A stretch of DNA of 64,000 nt from Macrostomum lignano (Eukaryota). The notes under the pieces were generated by a model. The model saw only the letters and a list, made by a program, of their open reading frames with translations, was not told the origin of the DNA and made no database searches. Positions 58,684-64,000 of the stretch are shown piece after piece. Every line of letters begins with the position of its first letter. Within the stretch, counting starts at the first letter, position 1. Made by a program: the position numbers and the translations under genes. The stretch is taken from NCBI GenBank assembly GCA_002269645.1, contig NIVC01000016.1, forward strand, positions 434,001-498,000. Direction: 5' to 3'.

Positions 58684-61600
58684 GGCACCTATGGGTCATT
58701 ATGAAAAAAATTATGGACCCCCGTGCCACCGACACCCCCTGCACCCTGCTCCACCGGCTTGGCAAGCTCGAGTTCGAGGTTCATTCCAAGCTAAAGTCGC
58801 TATCAGAATACATTCATGAAATAGCAGAAAAGATCCTTTCTATGACCCACAAAACATTCTCATAATTTTTTATGCATGCAGTTAATAGATTTACGGCATA
58901 TTTTGATATTAAATCTCTGTACTTGTTATAGTACTCCAAAATAGTGAGTCATTTTAAGCAGCTGTAATTTTCTACGACATCAAAAATTCTTCTCTAGGCT
59001 TTAATTATAGTCGGTGTGGAGTTTTTATATATATATCTTTGTCAAGCCCTTTTATGCTCAACTCTCCCTGTTTCTTTTAAATATATTTTTGAAGACACTA
59101 ATTTATAAGCATAGAAGCGTCTCTTTTATTTTAAAAAAACTTAATTTCTCCTAATGCGATCGTTAAAAAAATAAAAAAATAATTCTTACTTCACTTCAGC
59201 ATCTAAGATTCTCAAACTGCAGACAAAGCTTAATAACTCTAATAGCAATAAAATTAGCAAAGTTAATGATGACCGAGGCAAAGAAATGCTGGAAGCTGAG
59301 TAAGTTAACTATGATTAGCATAACTTTTTGCTGTATAATTTGCATATTTAATTTATTTTCTTTTAGAAGTTAAATACAAGTGTATAATTTATTGACTTTA
59401 GTATGATGCAGTAGAAAGTATTAGCAATGAAATAAACATAAATAGTTTAGGATTGGTCCCTAATTGTATATTTTCAATCAATTTCCTATTGATAGCTAAT
59501 ATAGGCTTTGATTTGACTCAATGTGCATGGTGCATAGCCTTGACTTAGGACCTAGGCCACACTTCAGATCATGTAGGCCTAGTATATGCCCAAAAATTTG
59601 GGCATGCATTGGCATTGGACACCAATAGTTAGGCATGCATAATTGGAATATATTACTCCTAAGAAAATAGTATGCTTAATTAATTGCATACATTGGTGCT
59701 AACCAATTTGGCAATAAACAAATTCAGCAACAAAGTCATTTCCTAGAAGTGTTCATTAATTTAAGGTTTTAGTAGTCTTGTTAGCTAAAACTGACTTGGA
59801 AAAACAATAAAAGAAATTTTCTTGTATGCCTAATAAGGTCTTTCCATTGGCTATAATACAATGTTAGAAAATAGAAAAATATGCCATGCAAACAAAAAGG
59901 ACAAAATTAAAAAATGTTGAGTGGCCCCTATGTACCACTACATTCTCAAAGATGCAGGATGTCCAATTTAACAATACACTTTTTGGTTATTTTAATATGT
60001 TGGCTTTGTTTCATTAAATTTATAAACTAGGGGCCTATTTTCACGAGCATTTTAAAAAAGCTTTTATTTATATGTAATTTGCTTTAACTTGTCTTTAGCT
60101 ATGAAAAGATGTGTTGTATTGCCAAATTTGCCTAGATTGTTGCCAAATTTGCCTAGATTGTTGCCAAATTTGCTTTTGCCAAATTTTGTCCATGCTAACT
60201 TTCTGTTACCAAATTTGTTTTTTTTTGCCAAATTTGTATAAATTGGCATGTACTTCATAGAATCACATAGAAAAATTAGTGGTAAAAGATAGAAAGGAGA
60301 TTTAAAAGTGGCGCATGACCAAGACCGCCACACACCAAGACCGCCACAGCTCTTACTGGCTACTGGAATTGAGGGGGAGCTACTAATCTTCCAGCATTGC
60401 TATTGGTTGTGATGGGTTGTGGAGTTAGATGAGGAGGAAGCGTCCCAAGATTGGTCACAAATAAGTGGCCCAAAATGATTGCAAGTCAACCAGGCAATTT
60501 TAACAATATCTTTAACAAAACCACAATTTGTTACTTTTAGCAGTAGATGAGCATGAATAATGCTTTTGAGAGCAAAAGCTTGAGTAATTAGATTTAACTT
60601 CACTTTCAAAAAAGCGCCTCTCAAAATGCAATTGCAGGTTGCTGTAATTTAAAAAGTTTTTTATGAGCTCGCACATTCGTATATTCGGCGTCTGGGTGCG
60701 TAGTGCATTACGGACAAACAAATCTAAGCGTCTTGATATGTGCTATAGTATATGGATTTAGAGGTGTCATTCATTTTGACGAAGGTTTACATGTATTTTG
60801 ACGAAAGCAAGTTAACAACTATCGTTCACTCACATAACAAAAAAAGCGCATCTTAGGCCCAATGCCTATGATATGTTACATGTCTGGAAATGTACGAGCA
60901 CGAGCACTGTGTGTATTTTATTGTGTACTCAAAGCCGGGAATTTCGGAGAAAGCAAAGGGAAGGGATGAGAGTAAATTTACATGCACATGTAATGAGAGA
61001 ATATATGGAGAGGGGTTAAGAGATCTTGATCTCTCTCACTCTCACTCTCTCTGTCTCACTCATTTCACACCCACTCCCACACTGACACACTCTCTCACTC
61101 TCACTCTCTTACTCACTCACTCACTCACTCACTCACTCACTCACTCACTCACTCACTCTCTCGCTTTTAATTCATTTCTAAATTTCAGGCACTATAATAA
61201 ATTACAGAATTTTTCATACATTTGATCTTTTGCCTCCGATTTTTAAATGCAAATATCCTTTACTCTCACGCATTGCGGCAACTTTGCACAGGTACAGTGT
61301 GAGCTACATGTACATGCATTTTTTCAAAGGGTACTGATTGATAAATACTGATTTTGACAATTCTGACATCTCTTCAAAATATACCAAACTTCTTGATACA
61401 TTTAATGTAATAAATGTAATACAGAGATGCACGTATGTGCATATGAGTGCAAGGTACATGTACACGTTTTCCAATCTATCTGTGACATTTTTTCTAGCCA
61501 ATCAGGAATTATCAATAGCAGTCAAATTTTTGCAGCTGAAATCACATTCAGCGTTATGCAAAAAGGAAATATTTGTGAAATCAAAAAGCCATTTTTAAAG

Positions 61601-64000
61601 CACTGCAAACTGTGGTCTGAGCCTTGCCGCTCGCAAATAAGTATTGCAGTGTGATGCGCTCTGTTTATATTTCGGGAGTCCATGTGGTGGAGATGCTTGA
61701 ATTAGGTGAAAAATATGCAAACTTGAAGATATCAGTGGATAGGGCAGATCAAAGGGAGATTTGCGAACAAATTGTTAGAAAACAATGGTTGCATACTTTT
61801 GCAAAATGCTTGCATTCATCTGTTAGTACAGTTGTAGCTAGTATTGGACATGCGAAATATGCAAAATACCATAAGATCGGACCAATGGCACAATCATTTT
61901 TTTATTTTAGATAGACTTCTTTTAGTCCCATCAAAGTTTGCATGTACTTCTGAGGTCATGACCTCATGCTCATGCTGTACTTGGCAGATCCAGGTTTTCG
62001 CTTCAGGGACCTCGCTTGGTTGCACTATTACACATGGGAACACCAACTGCAATATAGATGCCACGCCCACATACGCTCGTACGTTGCTCAGAATTTAATT
62101 GAATTCAATCTGATCACACTATATTGAATACCCGCAGCTATTTTGGAATATTTGATAGCTATATCTCTAACGCCGGCCCCTCGTAAAAAATCCGTTACTA
62201 TCCAAATCTTTTTTGTGCCCTCCTTTTGAACTCAGTACATTAATTGGAACTCACAGTTATATATACAAACAGTTTTTTTAAGCTCGACTCGAGTCCATGC
62301 AGTTCAGGGGTTGCACCCAGAGGGGGAGGGGTCAAGGGAGGAAAATTCCGGGGTCTGCCCCCTCTTGCCAGTGCCACCTCTCTCCGTAACACACCCCCCC
62401 TAAAATTTTTTGAGTGCGCCCCTCGTTCCGTTTAAGATTTATGGCTTGGTATTTTAAAAATGCACAGCTGTTGCATGTAGCCTATAAGCGATGAATTTCA
62501 GAACCTATAAGAGATAACAAGTTAAGTACAGCTGTTTTTGTTACTATATGATCTATTCGTGGTAACTGGGTGGAGAGTATTTGCTTCCTGTCTTGATTTA
62601 ATAAGAACCCTGAGACAGTTGGCTAACCAACCAAGCAAGCTGTCAATGCATTCATTCTAAAAAAGTGATAAATTTTTGTTACCTTGCCTGACAATATGCT
62701 ATTGCTGGAGTAGCTAATTTATGATAGTGTTATGCAAAGCTGGAAAAGAAGTCGCTTTGATTTAAACTATCAGAAGGAGAGACAAAGATGTAGTAGAGAG
62801 GGATCACAAATAGAGATGGGGTTGTGTATTGAAATTAAATTTGAACTTTTTTGCGCAAGCTATTCTGTGCGCAGTTTAAACAGTGATTATGCAATCTAGT
62901 AGTTCTACCTCATTAGTACATGCAGATATAGTAATTTTAGCATATTATTAGAGATTTAGTATATTTAGACTAGAGCGCTATGGACAAGCAAACATACAAA
63001 TCTTAGAGATTTAGTATATTTAGATTATGGACAAACATACAAATATTAGAGATTTAGTATATTTGGATTTTAAGAAAATCGGTCAAGGACAGTGAGCTCT
63101 AGAGCTTTATGGACAAGCAAGCAAGCAAGCAAACAAACCTTAGAGATTTAGCATATTTGGATTAGAGATTAAGTATAAATAAGTGCCACATGGAGTTCGG
63201 GCTCGAGATGACCTATGGAGCTAGCAGCACATTTCACTTTAAGCACGGTGTAAAAGTTTAAGATCTTGTTATTTGCGCTCACAAGCCAAATGTGCCCCCG
63301 CCTCCACAATCCAGCAGGGGGTGCAGTGAAATAAAACTGGAGGGGCAGTGGATAAGATGCAAGCAAATTTAGTGAATACGCAGATTTTTTCTTTTTTACC
63401 TGTGGGCCGCATATGGACTGAAATAAAAATGCAGAATATAATGGCATGCAAAAAATGATGGCATTTAGAAGGTAATAATTAATAGCTTTACCTGTGCACC
63501 GCATATGGACTGAAATAAAAGTGCAGAATATAATGGCATGCGAAAAATAATGGCATTTAGAAGGTAATAATTAATAGCTTTACCTGTGCGCCGCATATGG
63601 ACTGAAATAAAAGTGCAGAATGTAATGGCATGCGAAAAATGATGGCATTTAGAAGGTAATAATTAATAGCTTTACCTGTGCGCCACATATGGACTGAAAT
63701 AAAAGTGCAGAATGTAATGGCATGCGAAAAATGATGGCATTTAGAAGGTAATAATTAATAGCTTTACCTGTGCGCTGCATATGGACTGAAATAAAAGTGC
63801 AGAATGTAATGGCATGCGAAAAATGATGGCATTTAGAAGGTAATAATTAATAGCTTTACCTGTGCGCCGCATATGGACTGAAATAAAAGTGCAGAATATA
63901 ATGGTGTGCAAAAAATGATAATGAGGGAGCTATTTGCTAAGCAAGCAATGAATTGAGATTTATAACTCGATTTAAGTAAAATGGTTAATTATTAAAAGTT
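58684..64000. repeat. ~8.0-kb tandem duplication, unit 2 (runs off the window)
   Basis: Near-identical to 50691-55990 with only a few differences noticed. Confidence 0.97.

Noticed and set aside
57927-58765. Two long Leu/Ser/Pro/His-rich ORFs on the minus strand
   Set aside because: Translations of the purine satellite.

Overview
Animal (invertebrate-type) genomic DNA that is almost entirely nested transposable elements, with no intact host housekeeping gene, rRNA, tRNA or CRISPR array recognisable. All family assignments come from motifs recognised by eye; no searches were run. From left to right: an orphan LTR with a primer-binding site (PBS); a Crypton/DUF3504 tyrosine-recombinase remnant; a decayed, endonuclease-deleted LOA-clade LINE; and a near-intact copy of the same LINE family. 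The near-intact copy has a predicted 5' HDV-like ribozyme and appears to be inserted in the 5' LTR of a Ty3/Gypsy element. The Gypsy is interrupted by a Penelope-like fragment with a minimal hammerhead ribozyme and has an extra ORF after pol. Next come a second gag remnant, a CACTA/EnSpm transposase remnant, an open ORF with a CtIP/Sae2 C-terminal domain, and a decayed Maverick/Polinton (PLA2, integrase, major capsid) whose capsid gene is split by a ~5 kb NOF/Foldback-type MULE. MITEs, a 16-mer array, a hAT remnant and an RTE LINE follow. The window ends in a near-identical ~8.0 kb tandem duplication containing a FLYWCH-MULE transposase. Most notable: the CtIP-like ORF embedded among mobile elements and the cryptic HDV-like ribozyme with a long J1/2 insert.
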